Source: an uncultured Thermococci archaeon
GTDB taxonomy: Archaea > Methanobacteriota_B > Thermococci > Methanofastidiosales > B48-G16
DNA length: 64,000 bases
Assembly (NCBI GenBank): GCA_964595645.1
Contig: CAZQQT010000003.1
Coordinates: 157,636 to 221,635, forward strand
Direction of reading: 5' to 3'
The position numbers and the translations under genes are program-made. A model generated the notes under the pieces. It saw only the letters and a list, made by a program, of their open reading frames with translations. It was not told where the DNA came from and made no database searches. Positions 48,599 through 58,638 of this stretch are shown in pieces. Every line of letters starts with the position of its first letter. Positions within the stretch are counted from its first letter, which is position 1.

Positions 48599-49369
48599 TT
48601 AATATTCTAAAAACGTTGTCTTTATATAATCGACAGTTCTGTCTACTACTGCCTGAACAATTTTCTCTCCCTTTTCCTTTGTAGCTTTGGTTGCATCGCC
48701 CATCACACCTGACTTACACCGTTCAGTAATTTTTGTAAGAGGAACTACTACTCGTTGAGGCGCACCGAGTATATCCTTTTCTTTTTTTGTTTCATGAGGC
48801 ATGTATGGTGTTTCTTTTGTAGCCTTGCTCATATCGATGTCCATTCCTAAAGCGAGCGACACAGATGTCTCTCCTTCATCTGCATGGCGAAATCCTGTTT
48901 CTGTTACCTCGTCCACCACATCAGCACTAAGTTTTGTATAATCTATTACTGGAATAATTACGCCATATTTCTGGTAAAAATCCTGTGCTGTAATAGCAAG
49001 AAAATGAGGATTTCCTCCATGCCCGTTCAGTACAAGTATCTTTTTAAATCCATTGTCCACTACGCTCCTGAATATGTCCCATACCAGTTTTTGATACGTC
49101 TCCGAGCTCAATGATAATTTACCAGGATAGTTCATCCATTCTGAATATCCAAACTGGAGTGTGGGGGTTACCACTACCCGAATGTCTTCTTCCTGACACG
49201 CCGTTGCGATGCGTTTCGCGAGTTCCGTCGCATTAAATGTGTCATCATCTACAGGAAGATGTGGTCCATGTCCTTCAATTGCGCCAGTAGGAATGATAAC
49301 CACTGTAGTTTCCTTATCCAAGGCTCCTATCTCATCCATGGTCATTTCAGCCCAAAGAATTTCTTTCAT
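48599..49369 (-). CDS. Creatininase-family amidohydrolase, copy 1
   Basis: P.G.IEGHGPHLP...D, NGHGGN, HADE.ETS, GVMGD...AT.EKG. Confidence 0.92.
   Translation of the reverse strand: MKEILWAEMTMDEIGALDKETTVVIIPTGAIEGHGPHLPVDDDTFNATELAKRIATACQEEDIRVVVTPTLQFGYSEWMNYPGKLSLSSETYQKLVWDIFRSVVDNGFKKILVLNGHGGNPHFLAITAQDFYQKYGVIIPVIDYTKLSADVVDEVTETGFRHADEGETSVSLALGMDIDMSKATKETPYMPHETKKEKDILGAPQRVVVPLTKITERCKSGVMGDATKATKEKGEKIVQAVVDRTVDYIKTTFLEY
48990..49070. repeat. 81-bp exact direct repeat shared with 63556-63636
   Basis: gtaatagcaag...tacgctcctg is identical in both creatininase genes. Confidence 0.9.
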
Positions 49370-49430
49370 GATAAAAACATTCATTACTATATTTTTATAA
49401 GTTTTTCCTATTATAATTTCTATAACGTAT

Positions 49431-50153
49431 CTACTCCAGTTCCTCTTTGCCACCAAGGTAGGCTTTTATCACGCGAGGATCGTGGAGGATTTCTTCTCCT
49501 GATCCCTCCTTTATTGTCTTTCCATTTTCCAGCACGTATGCTCGATCACTCTCTTCAAGTGCACGACGGGCGTTCTGCTCTACTATGAGAAAACTTAATT
49601 CATATTCTTCTCTTATCTCATGAATTTTCTCGAAAATCATCGTCTGTACTTTGGGAGCGAGACCGAGTGTAGGTTCGTCAAGCATAAGAAGTTGTGGATC
49701 AACCATCATTCCTCGCGCTATTTCTATCATTCGCCGTTGCCCCCCACTTAGTGTGGAGGTAGGATTGTCAAATTTCTCTTTGAAAATAGGAAACATTTGA
49801 GAAACTTCTTCTATTTTCTCTCTAAGCTCTTCTTCGTCCTCTATCTGATATCCGCCCATCTCTAGATTCTCTTTCACAGTCATTGTGGGAAAAATACTAT
49901 GTCGTTGAAGTACGTACGAAATTCCTCTTTCCAACGTTTCAATAGGACTAAGATCAGTAATATCTTCCCCTCGAAATTTTACACTGCCTTTTGATGGTGT
50001 TAAAAATCCAAAAATAGTACGTAACACAGTAGATTTCCCTGCACCATTTGGACCGATCATCGCAACAACCTCACCTTTTTTTACCTCGATATCTGCACCA
50101 AAGAGAACCTGAAAATCGCCATATCCGGAGTGAATATTTTCAACTTCTAACAT
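49431..50153 (-). CDS. livF: Liv-type ABC ATPase (LivF-like), copy 1
   Basis: GPNGAGKST, LSGGQ, LDEPT.GLAP, VEQNA. Confidence 0.93.
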   Translation of the reverse strand: MLEVENIHSGYGDFQVLFGADIEVKKGEVVAMIGPNGAGKSTVLRTIFGFLTPSKGSVKFRGEDITDLSPIETLERGISYVLQRHSIFPTMTVKENLEMGGYQIEDEEELREKIEEVSQMFPIFKEKFDNPTSTLSGGQRRMIEIARGMMVDPQLLMLDEPTLGLAPKVQTMIFEKIHEIREEYELSFLIVEQNARRALEESDRAYVLENGKTIKEGSGEEILHDPRVIKAYLGGKEELE

Positions 50154-50154
50154 G

Positions 50155-50913
50155 TTAATCACCAAAATACGCCTCAAGTACTTCTGGATCGTTTCTTACT
50201 TCTTCTGGGGAACCTTCCTTGAGTATCTCCCCGCTTGCCAGACAGTAGAGTCTCTGAGAAATTTCCATTATCACATCTATATTATGCTCTATCACAAGAA
50301 ATGTCGTTCCGAATTGTTCGTTTGCCTTGATAATATCGTCAGTGATCTTGTTTATCAGCGTGGGATTCACGCCTGCAGTGGGTTCATCGAGCATAACCAT
50401 CTTAGGATCCTGCATTAGCGTGCACGCAAGCTCCAGTAACTTTTGCTGTCCGAATGAGATCTCCGAGGCCTTATGAGTTGTAAGGTGATCTATCTCAACA
50501 AAATCCAGTAAGGTTTTGGCGCGTTCCTTTTCTTCCTCGTCAAATCCACTGTACGTCGTGGTTAGAGTACCTTCATTTTTATGGCTTTTGGATATAAGTA
50601 CATTTTCAAGCACGGTCAACTCGTTGAAAGGGCGTGTGATCTGAAAGCTTCGAGATATCCCCATTTTTGCCAGTTCGCTAGGTTTTTTTCCTGTAGTCTC
50701 TTTTCCATCAAAGATCACCGCTCCACCATTCGGTTTGTAGAAACCAGTAATACAGTTAAACAGTGTTGTTTTCCCTGAACCATTGGGGCCGATAAGCCCT
50801 AGTATCTCTCCCTTATTCACGTGTATATCCACATTGTTAAGGGCAGTTAATCCTCCAAACCGTTTTGTCAGATCTTGCACTTGTAAAATCTTCTCGTGAT
50901 TATTCTGACTCAT
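50155..50913 (-). CDS. livG: Liv-type ABC ATPase (LivG-like), copy 1
   Basis: FGGL.A, GPNGSGKTT, S.GQQK, LDEP.AG.N, IEH, V.EAY.G. Confidence 0.93.
   Translation of the reverse strand: MSQNNHEKILQVQDLTKRFGGLTALNNVDIHVNKGEILGLIGPNGSGKTTLFNCITGFYKPNGGAVIFDGKETTGKKPSELAKMGISRSFQITRPFNELTVLENVLISKSHKNEGTLTTTYSGFDEEEKERAKTLLDFVEIDHLTTHKASEISFGQQKLLELACTLMQDPKMVMLDEPTAGVNPTLINKITDDIIKANEQFGTTFLVIEHNIDVIMEISQRLYCLASGEILKEGSPEEVRNDPEVLEAYFGD
50738..50784. repeat. 47-bp exact inverted repeat shared with 58730-58776
   Basis: aatggttcagggaaaacaacactgtttaactgtattactggtttcta occurs in both livG copies, on opposite strands. Confidence 0.85.
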
Positions 50914-51916
50914 TCTCATCACCTTGAAATCTCTTCTTCACTCGATCAATGACAGCCACAATTCCTTGTGGCCAGTAAATAGCAATTGCAATGATCACGA
51001 TCCCGTAGAGAAGAAGGGAGTAGCCCTGTCCATATCCACCCAAGAATGCTCTTGTGTACTGTTCTAACGGCACCATAATAAAAGAACCGATTATGGGTCC
51101 AAAAAGCGTACCAAGTCCACCAACAATGGCAACAAGAGCAATACGGATAGACATCAAAGTTCCTTGGAAGAAAGGATTCGGATCGACAAAAAGTACTTCC
51201 ATCGTGTAAATCACGCCGCCCAATGAAGTAACAGCGGCACTAAGTACCATGGCATATACCTTATACTTATGAACAGCAATGCCTCTATTCTCTGCTGCCT
51301 CTTCATCTTGGTTTATTGCCTTCAAATAAATACCGAGTTTGGATCTATCGATAATATAAGAGAGTGCAATAACACCCAGTGCTAGTGCAAAGGCTATGTA
51401 GTATTTTGGGAGAGGGCTAGCAAATACGATGCTATACTCTGCAGGTTTATACGGAATATCTAGCCCTGCCGCTCCGTTGACATATTCCCAATGCAGTAGT
51501 ACCTTCCATACTATATAGCCAAAGGCCAATGTTACCATGGCAAAGTAGTGTCCCTTCAACTTGAGGGTAGGGTAACTTATTCCCAGTCCTATCGCTCCGG
51601 CAATAATAGGTGCAACAATAAGTGCAAGCCACGGTGTGATACTGTAATGTACCAACAATATAACCGTGGTGTACGCACCTACTGCTACGAAAACCCCATG
51701 CGCCAGTGCAATTTGTCCAGTATAGCCACCCACAAGATTCCATCCGAGGCCTAAGATCATGTAGAAGAAAATCCAGAGGAAGACAGTAATAACAAAGTCA
51801 TCTGGCGATATAAAGGGAAGTATCACTAGGAAGAGCAAAGCAACAGCAATCAATACTGTTTTAATCTTTTTTTTGCGTATTTTTTCTATAATGGAAGTCA
51901 ATTTTAGTTTATTCAT
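50900..51916 (-). CDS. livM: Liv-type ABC permease (LivM-like), copy 1
   Basis: WNL.GGY.GQ..L.H, L.G.YFA..T, AI..DE.AA, GGLGT..GP. Confidence 0.92.
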   Translation of the reverse strand: MNKLKLTSIIEKIRKKKIKTVLIAVALLFLVILPFISPDDFVITVFLWIFFYMILGLGWNLVGGYTGQIALAHGVFVAVGAYTTVILLVHYSITPWLALIVAPIIAGAIGLGISYPTLKLKGHYFAMVTLAFGYIVWKVLLHWEYVNGAAGLDIPYKPAEYSIVFASPLPKYYIAFALALGVIALSYIIDRSKLGIYLKAINQDEEAAENRGIAVHKYKVYAMVLSAAVTSLGGVIYTMEVLFVDPNPFFQGTLMSIRIALVAIVGGLGTLFGPIIGSFIMVPLEQYTRAFLGGYGQGYSLLLYGIVIIAIAIYWPQGIVAVIDRVKKRFQGDENESE

Positions 51917-51933
51917 TTTTTCATGCCTCCTTG

Positions 51934-52794
51934 TTATTTACCCCTAAACAAACCCTGTGGTCTCATTAACAGGATGAGTATAAAGATAATGAATATCGTA
52001 ACATCTTTCGTCCATGGAGCTATTAAAAAACCGGACAACGACCTGGTCACTCCCACCATGAGCCCTGCAACAATGATTCCTCTGATACGTCCGAATCCCG
52101 CTAATGCAACACATACAAAGGCAAAGAAGGTAAACACCATTCCTACGTTAGGTTGCACGTAGAAGAAATTCGTCATCAACGCGCCTGCAACTCCCACACA
52201 TGCAGATCCAACACCCCATGCATACATATACATCTTCTCGCTGTCAATACCAACGGTGATAGCTGCAATTTTGTCATCGGCAGAAGCCCGCAGACCTTTC
52301 CCTGTTTTTGTATATAAGAGGAATACGGTGACAAGACCCAACATGATAAGACTCACTACAGAGGCTATTACTTGTCCTTCACCAAAATAGTATCCCGCAA
52401 ATTCAAAACTATCGCTAAACCACGTATCCTGAAGACGACGATATTTGGCACTCCATAACGCGGTAGCACCGTAATCCATTACCATCATTAATCCAAAGGT
52501 ACCAAAAATTTGCATTAAAAGCTGCCCTTTCAATAATCGAGTTATAATCGTTTTGTAAGAAAGCGCCCCCCATATAAAGAGCACACCTGCGCACACAGGA
52601 ATAGAGAGTAAAGGATCTACTCCAGCCAGTGTGAACATGAAAAATGCGATATACATCGCAAGCATCATGAAGGATCCATGAGCGAAGTTCACAATTTCAA
52701 CTACACCCCAAATTACCGCTAGTCCAGTGGCTATGAGGGAAAAAACGCATCCCATAAGTATTCCGCTTAATAGTGACTGTACTACCATATTCAT
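51934..52794 (-). CDS. livH: Liv-type ABC permease (LivH-like), copy 1
   Basis: GL..IWGV...VNFAHG, T..G..LRA, P.GL.G. Confidence 0.92.
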   Translation of the reverse strand: MNMVVQSLLSGILMGCVFSLIATGLAVIWGVVEIVNFAHGSFMMLAMYIAFFMFTLAGVDPLLSIPVCAGVLFIWGALSYKTIITRLLKGQLLMQIFGTFGLMMVMDYGATALWSAKYRRLQDTWFSDSFEFAGYYFGEGQVIASVVSLIMLGLVTVFLLYTKTGKGLRASADDKIAAITVGIDSEKMYMYAWGVGSACVGVAGALMTNFFYVQPNVGMVFTFFAFVCVALAGFGRIRGIIVAGLMVGVTRSLSGFLIAPWTKDVTIFIIFILILLMRPQGLFRGK

Positions 52795-52951
52795 ATCATC
52801 ATCTCTCCTATTTTATTTGTCCATACCTCTTTTTCATATTTGATAGTTTTTTCTCTCTTACATTAATAGTTTTCGTTTAGCTGTTCTGCAATATACTTTG
52901 AAAAAACATAAATAAAAAATAAAAAAAGGAGGATTTCAGCTTTTACTCTAT

Positions 52952-54295
52952 TTATCTCTCATCCCAATCAGGTGGTGGCCATACAAGATCTTTACTCGCC
53001 GCATCGAACGGCCAGACAGACCACATTTCTATTGGGTCTCCAAGCGCCTGCACCATGACTCCAGAACCATAGATGTTCTGGTGGGTTTCTTGATCGAACG
53101 CAATACCATCCCACGGCACAATAAGTTTCGACTTGGGGATATCTGTTTCAAGCAAGGCCTGCTTTATTGCCTCAGGTTCAGTAGATCCTGCTCTGTTAAT
53201 GGCATCACAGAGTACCAAGAACGCCATGACATCTCGTGTCCAGTCTGCCATGCTTATACCATATCGATCCTTGTACATCTCATTAAGTTCCTGTGCAGAG
53301 GGCATCTGTGTGAACATATCGGGTGTAAATGTTGCCCGGCTAAGCGCATATCTGGACTCAGGAATTGCCAAGAACTCTGCTTTGGTAAAACCGCTACCAT
53401 TTCCTATCACAGGAATAGAAACATCGAACTTTTTAAACGTTTCGAAGAAAAGAATCGTGTCTGCTGCGTACGTCGCCATTAGAATCGCGTCTGGGTCAGC
53501 AGCTTTGATCCGCTGCACCTCACTGTCCACGTTAGTGGTATTCTTCGCATATGAAATGTCTTCAACTACTTCAAAGCCGTATTCACTAGCGTACTGTTTA
53601 AATACTTCGGCCGAGGTAGTACCAAACTCTGTATCTTCATATGCAAGAGCAATTTCTTCTATTCCTGCATCTCTGCTCTCGTTCAAGTCCTTCATGAACT
53701 CGAACATTGTTTTTATGAAAAGGCCGTCGTGCGGAGAAACACGGAAGAACCACTCGAGTCCAATTGCCGTAAGGTTTGGAGAACTTGAGGATCCATTGAG
53801 CATCGGAATACCATGCTTCTCAGCGATCTTCGCGGCTGCTCCTGTTGCAGAGCTGCAGAGCTCTCCATAAAGTGCAACCATATCGTCGTTCTGCGTAACG
53901 AGTCTTTCAGCCTCCTGTCGCGCCACATCTGCACTACATCCACCATCAGCAAAGATTGTTGAAACTTTTGCACCACCAAGGTTCTCTAGTCCCTCCGATT
54001 CACACATCAGTATTGGGCTGTCAACTTTATTATTTACCAGCCACGTTGCAAACTGAACGGCTTCTCTCTGTGCTTCACCAGTTGAAGGAATTGGTCCTGT
54101 CAACGGGAAGAGACATCCAATTTTAACTTCTTCTGGATACTCTGGTGCTGCTGTAGTCGTTGGTGCTGCTGTAGTCGTGCTTGGTGCCGGCGTTTCTTCC
54201 TCTTCACCGCCGATGCATCCACTTAATGCAACGGTTGAGAGTAAGAACAGTGCCACCAGCAAGAAACTACCTAGTTTTTTCTTTTTCCGGTACAT
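52952..54295 (-). CDS. Liv-type substrate-binding lipoprotein, copy 1
   Basis: LSGC lipobox, Pro/Thr linker, KIG...PLTG, WFFR..P.D, DAINRAGST. Confidence 0.92.
   Translation of the reverse strand: MYRKKKKLGSFLLVALFLLSTVALSGCIGGEEEETPAPSTTTAAPTTTAAPEYPEEVKIGCLFPLTGPIPSTGEAQREAVQFATWLVNNKVDSPILMCESEGLENLGGAKVSTIFADGGCSADVARQEAERLVTQNDDMVALYGELCSSATGAAAKIAEKHGIPMLNGSSSSPNLTAIGLEWFFRVSPHDGLFIKTMFEFMKDLNESRDAGIEEIALAYEDTEFGTTSAEVFKQYASEYGFEVVEDISYAKNTTNVDSEVQRIKAADPDAILMATYAADTILFFETFKKFDVSIPVIGNGSGFTKAEFLAIPESRYALSRATFTPDMFTQMPSAQELNEMYKDRYGISMADWTRDVMAFLVLCDAINRAGSTEPEAIKQALLETDIPKSKLIVPWDGIAFDQETHQNIYGSGVMVQALGDPIEMWSVWPFDAASKDLVWPPPDWDER
54143..54178. repeat. 18-bp tandem repeat x2 encoding the TTAAP(T) linker
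   Basis: tggtgctgctgtagtcgt repeated twice. Confidence 0.9.
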
Positions 54296-54339
54296 TTTTA
54301 TCACTATTAAGAGTGGTAGTTTTTTTTTTTTAACTTTGC

Positions 54340-54396
54340 CCCTATTATTATAGGATAAACTCTCTATTTTAAAAGCCTATCCCTAATATTGTAGGG
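54340..54396 (-). promoter_or_regulatory. Two island palindrome sites (transporter 1 operon)
   Basis: CCCTATTATTATAGGA (54340-55) and CCCTAATATTGTAGGG (54381-96). Confidence 0.75.
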
Positions 54397-54527
54397 AAAA
54401 CGTCCAATTTTCAAATAATTTTCTTTTAAATAGAAAAAATTGATTTTTATAATTTTTTATAGCTTAAAAGGTAGATTAAAGTCTAATTTAAACTTAAAGA
54501 TGAAAATGGAAATAATAAAAAATAGTT

Positions 54528-54543
54528 CACTATAATATTATGG
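54528..54543 (+). promoter_or_regulatory. Island palindrome site (racemase gene)
   Basis: CACTATAATATTATGG, then TTATATAA 5 nt later. Confidence 0.6.
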
Positions 54544-54641
54544 ATAAGTTATATAAAACATGTAAAGAATAACCAACATGCTGGTAAATTTAGAATAATA
54601 TGCTAAAAATCGAAATAAGATATTTAAAAAGGTGATAAAAT

Positions 54642-55352
54642 ATGTTTGGATGGCGAGGTAGAATAGGATTAATCCTTCCCTCAAACAATACAGTGATGCA
54701 ACAGGAATTTTCATCTGTTGTGCCTGAAGGCGTCTCGGTACATGAAGCACGGTTGGGGGTAGTAAAAAAAACAGACCCGGAAGTATTGATAACAATGTCT
54801 GAGCATGCAGAGCGAGCAGCCGGCGAACTCTCATGTTGCGATGTCGATGTGATAGTATATGGCTGTACCAGTGGTAGTTTTCTTGAAGGTCCAGAATTTG
54901 AAAAGGAACTGACAAAAAGAATAGAGAAAGCATCAAACCTACCTGCATTCACCACTTCTAAAGCTATGTTGGAAGCATTGAAAGCACTCAATACTAAAAA
55001 ATTAGCTTTGGCATCACCCTATCGAAAAGCAACAGAAGGGGCAGAAAAAGAATTTTTAGAAGGAGAAGGTATCGAAGTCGTCAACGCAAAGGGGTTGGGG
55101 GTTGTGAACCCTACAGACATTGGGAGACTTTCACCGTATAGAGCATACCGCATAGCAAAAAGTATTGACTCACCGGAAGTTGACACTATCTTCATAAGTT
55201 GCACGGATTTTAGAACATTCGAGATTATAGAACTTCTGGAAAAGGATCTAAAAAAGCCTGTAATAAGCAGTAATCAGGTTAGTTTGTGGATGGCGCTCAA
55301 ATTTTTGAATATAGAGATGGAAAAAGAGCTAGGATCTCTTTTTTCTCTTTAA
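54642..55352 (+). CDS. Asp/Glu racemase superfamily protein (maleate isomerase / EutA-like)
   Basis: RIGLI.PS.N, YGCTSGS, SPY, ISCTDF, PVISSNQ; two catalytic Cys. Confidence 0.9.
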   Translation: MFGWRGRIGLILPSNNTVMQQEFSSVVPEGVSVHEARLGVVKKTDPEVLITMSEHAERAAGELSCCDVDVIVYGCTSGSFLEGPEFEKELTKRIEKASNLPAFTTSKAMLEALKALNTKKLALASPYRKATEGAEKEFLEGEGIEVVNAKGLGVVNPTDIGRLSPYRAYRIAKSIDSPEVDTIFISCTDFRTFEIIELLEKDLKKPVISSNQVSLWMALKFLNIEMEKELGSLFSL

Positions 55353-55383
55353 ATTCATTTTTTCATTTTTTTATTTAAAAAAC

Positions 55384-55399
55384 TATTAAGATAATAGGG
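55384..55399 (+). promoter_or_regulatory. Island palindrome site (transporter 2 operon)
   Basis: TATTAAGATAATAGGG, then TTATAATA 5 nt later. Confidence 0.55.
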
Positions 55400-55445
55400 A
55401 TAAATTATAATAATAAATCTAAGAGGAAAGTATCTGGTGTTTACT

Positions 55446-56705
55446 ATGAATGGAAAGAGTAAAATGGGGCTAGCTATTGTTGTTGCCCTTTTGTTCTCAG
55501 TCTTTGCAGGATGCATAGGCGGTGAAGAGGAAGAAGGGCCCAAAGAGATTAAAATTGGATGTGTATGGCCATTGACTGGTGATCTTGCATCGTACGGACA
55601 GTTAAACAAGAGAGCATTGGAATTGGCAGCCGAGATAATAAACAACGAATATTCAGATCTTAACCTACCTCTAGCAAGTTCAAAGGGACTACCTAACCTT
55701 GATGGTGCAAAGATAAAACTTGTCTGGGGAGATAGCAGAGGTACACCTGAAGAGGGCAGATCTGCTGCAGAATATCTCATAACTAACGAAAATGTGGTAG
55801 CATTACTTGGATGTTACCAGAGCGCTGTGACTGAAACTGCAAGTTTACCTGCAGAAACCCATGGAATTCCCTTCCTCAACCCAGATTCGTCTGCACCTAA
55901 ACTGACAGAAAGGGATTTTAAATGGTTCTGGAGGTGTACACCGAAGGCCACAGATTGGACAAAGAGCATGATGATGTTCTACGACGAACTAGGTATTAAT
56001 ACTCTTGGAATATTTAACGAAGATACACTCTGGGGAACGGAAAGTGGCGATTGGCTTGAACATTGGGCCGAAGAGTATGGGATTGAGGTAGTGGAGAGAG
56101 TGCAGTATCCTCACCAAACCTCAGATCTCTCTGCAGAAGTTCTCAAAATGAAAAACGCAGACCCAGAGGCAGTTCATGTTGCAGGATATATCTCCGACAG
56201 CATACTCATGATTAAGACGATGAAACAGAACGACTGGATGCCTAAAATGGTATCTTCTGGAGAAATGATTCAGATGCCAGATTATCTGAATGCATTGGGG
56301 AACGATGGAAACTATCTGTGTTTGTCAATACTCTTCCCCCAAGACCTAGTACAGCATAAAGACCTTACAGTAGAACTCAATGAAATGATGCAGGAGCGGT
56401 ACGATACCACGTTCAACGATCCCTCTGCCCGAGCGTTTAACGGCCTGTTTGTTCTCGCAGATGCAATTAACAGAGCGGGATCTACCGATCCAGAAGCGAT
56501 AAACAATGCCCTGGCAAATACGAATATACCCGGTGAAAAACTGATTTTGCCTTGGGAATCGATTCAATTTGATGAGAACCATCAACTGAAAACATCAGGA
56601 TACGTGATCCAACAGATACAGGAACAAGAGTACTATACTGTCTGGCCGGAGGATATGGCAACAAAAGAGCTAATTTACCCCATACCTGATTGGGATGAAA
56701 GGTAA
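55446..56705 (+). CDS. Liv-type substrate-binding lipoprotein, copy 2
   Basis: FAGC lipobox, KIG...PLTG, G.YQS.VT, DAINRAGSTDP, same P.PDWDER end as copy 1. Confidence 0.93.
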   Translation: MNGKSKMGLAIVVALLFSVFAGCIGGEEEEGPKEIKIGCVWPLTGDLASYGQLNKRALELAAEIINNEYSDLNLPLASSKGLPNLDGAKIKLVWGDSRGTPEEGRSAAEYLITNENVVALLGCYQSAVTETASLPAETHGIPFLNPDSSAPKLTERDFKWFWRCTPKATDWTKSMMMFYDELGINTLGIFNEDTLWGTESGDWLEHWAEEYGIEVVERVQYPHQTSDLSAEVLKMKNADPEAVHVAGYISDSILMIKTMKQNDWMPKMVSSGEMIQMPDYLNALGNDGNYLCLSILFPQDLVQHKDLTVELNEMMQERYDTTFNDPSARAFNGLFVLADAINRAGSTDPEAINNALANTNIPGEKLILPWESIQFDENHQLKTSGYVIQQIQEQEYYTVWPEDMATKELIYPIPDWDER

Positions 56706-56709
56706 ACTA

Positions 56710-56736
56710 TTTTTTTCTTTTTTTTATATATTTTTT
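56710..56736 (+). terminator. Oligo-T tract after substrate-binding protein gene
   Basis: T7-C-T8...T6; an equivalent minus-strand tract follows copy 1 at ~52901-52927. Confidence 0.5.
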
Positions 56737-56763
56737 AATCATTAATAAGCGGAGGAAAAGGAA

Positions 56764-57630
56764 ATGGAAGCAAACTATTTGATACAGGCACTCATAAATG
56801 GCATACTGATTGGAGGAGTATACGCATTGATAGCAATAGGGCTTAGTTTAATCTGGGGTGTAATGGAAATTGTGAACTTCGCTCATGGAGATTATTTGAT
56901 GATAGCTGCGTTTCTTTCGTATATATTTTGGGTGAATTTAGGGTTTGATCCACTATTAGCACTACCTTTTGTTGTGATCATTCTTTTATTGGCTGGTTTT
57001 GTCACGCAAAAATTCGTCTTGAAACGATTGATGAACTCTCCTACCCTCATTACCATAGCTGCTACCTTTGCTCTCTCACTTATCATTCGATATGGATTTT
57101 TTATAGTTTTCAAAGCCGATTACAAAACGATACGAGAGCCCCTTCTCCAAGGGACACTGCATTTTGGCTCTATCACAGTACCCGCCGCCAAACTAGCCAC
57201 ATTGGTTGTTGCTATGATAAGTATTACATTGTTATTTTCATTTTTGAAGTACACAAAGAAGGGAAAGGCACTAAGAGCCACTGCGCAAGACAGAGAGGTG
57301 GCAAAGGCTCTTGGTGTGAATGTCGACCAGATCTTTCTTCTCACATGGGGGCTTGGCCTGGCGTGTGTAGGAGTTGCTGGAACAATGCTCAGTAACTTTT
57401 ATTATGTTTTTCCGCTGCTAGGAAAAATATTCGTGCTTATTGCCTTTGCTAGTGTAACGTTAGGAGGATTTGGGAGTGTTCACGGCGCAGTATTTGGAGG
57501 ACTTGCAATAGGTATAATTCAACAAGTTGGCGGTGCGATGATATCTCCCGCACTAAAAGATGTATTCGTATTCATTGCATTTTTACTCGTGTTAATGTTT
57601 AAACCAAAAGGATTCTTTGGCAAATACTAA
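56764..57630 (+). CDS. livH: LivH-like permease, copy 2
   Basis: GLSLIWGV...VNFAHG, G.ALRA..QD, LGG.GS. Confidence 0.93.
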   Translation: MEANYLIQALINGILIGGVYALIAIGLSLIWGVMEIVNFAHGDYLMIAAFLSYIFWVNLGFDPLLALPFVVIILLLAGFVTQKFVLKRLMNSPTLITIAATFALSLIIRYGFFIVFKADYKTIREPLLQGTLHFGSITVPAAKLATLVVAMISITLLFSFLKYTKKGKALRATAQDREVAKALGVNVDQIFLLTWGLGLACVGVAGTMLSNFYYVFPLLGKIFVLIAFASVTLGGFGSVHGAVFGGLAIGIIQQVGGAMISPALKDVFVFIAFLLVLMFKPKGFFGKY

Positions 57631-57645
57631 CGGAGGCGGAGAGAT

Positions 57646-58638
57646 ATGGATAGAGAAGATATTTTGGAGAAAATTCGAAGAAAAAAATGGCAAATTCCAA
57701 TATTACTAACACTATTAGTACTCCCCTTGTTCATTAGCGATGAGCCCTTCTTGCTTCATGTGTGCATTATGACATTTGTCTACTTGGCACTATCGCAGGC
57801 ATGGAACCTTATTGGAGGGTTTGCAGGGCAATTAAGTTTTGCAAATCACATCTTTTTTGCCTTTGGAGCATATACCTCTACAATGCTGTTAATTCATCTT
57901 AATCTCACACCATGGTTGGGCGTATTTGCAGGAATCGCCATTGCTGCAAGCGTTGCATATCTCCTGGGATTTCAGCTGTTCCATCTCAAGGGGCACTATT
58001 TTGCTGTAGCTACAATTGCATTTGCTGAGATGGTAAAGGTACTCTTTATCAATTGGAGGGGCGTAGGTGCCGCATATGGCCTCTCTCTTCCCGCCAAAAT
58101 GCCCTCGTTATACCATATGATGTGGTCTTCGAAAATACCTTACTACTATATGGCACTGGGAATGGCGATCGGTGCTACGGTATTAATTTACGTCATAGAT
58201 AAGGCGAAAGCGGGGATGTACTTTAGATCAATAAAACAAGATGAAGAAGGAGCAGAACACAAAGGAATAGACACTAGTTACTACAAACTCCTCGCTTTCA
58301 TGATTAGTGCAGGTATTTGTGCAACAGTAGGTACGTTTTACGCACAGTATATACTGTATATATCACCTCGAAGTACCATGGAGATTTTAATTTCTACTAA
58401 ATGTATTCTAATTGTACTTTTTGGTGGGCTGGGGACTGTTGCTGGTCCCGTATTGGGTGCCGCTATCCTTGTACCGCTAGGAGAATACACAAGAATACAG
58501 CTCGGAGGCGGCGGAGAAGGATGGGATTACATAATCTACGGGATCATTATTTTGGTGATACTGTTGTACCAACCAAAAGGTGTGTACGATCTTCTAAGGG
58601 GGTACAAAAAATATGTCGAGAAAATGTTTGGAAGTTAA
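57646..58638 (+). CDS. livM: LivM-like permease, copy 2
   Basis: WNL.GGFAGQLSF, LKGHYFA.AT, GGLGT..GP. Confidence 0.93.
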   Translation: MDREDILEKIRRKKWQIPILLTLLVLPLFISDEPFLLHVCIMTFVYLALSQAWNLIGGFAGQLSFANHIFFAFGAYTSTMLLIHLNLTPWLGVFAGIAIAASVAYLLGFQLFHLKGHYFAVATIAFAEMVKVLFINWRGVGAAYGLSLPAKMPSLYHMMWSSKIPYYYMALGMAIGATVLIYVIDKAKAGMYFRSIKQDEEGAEHKGIDTSYYKLLAFMISAGICATVGTFYAQYILYISPRSTMEILISTKCILIVLFGGLGTVAGPVLGAAILVPLGEYTRIQLGGGGEGWDYIIYGIIILVILLYQPKGVYDLLRGYKKYVEKMFGS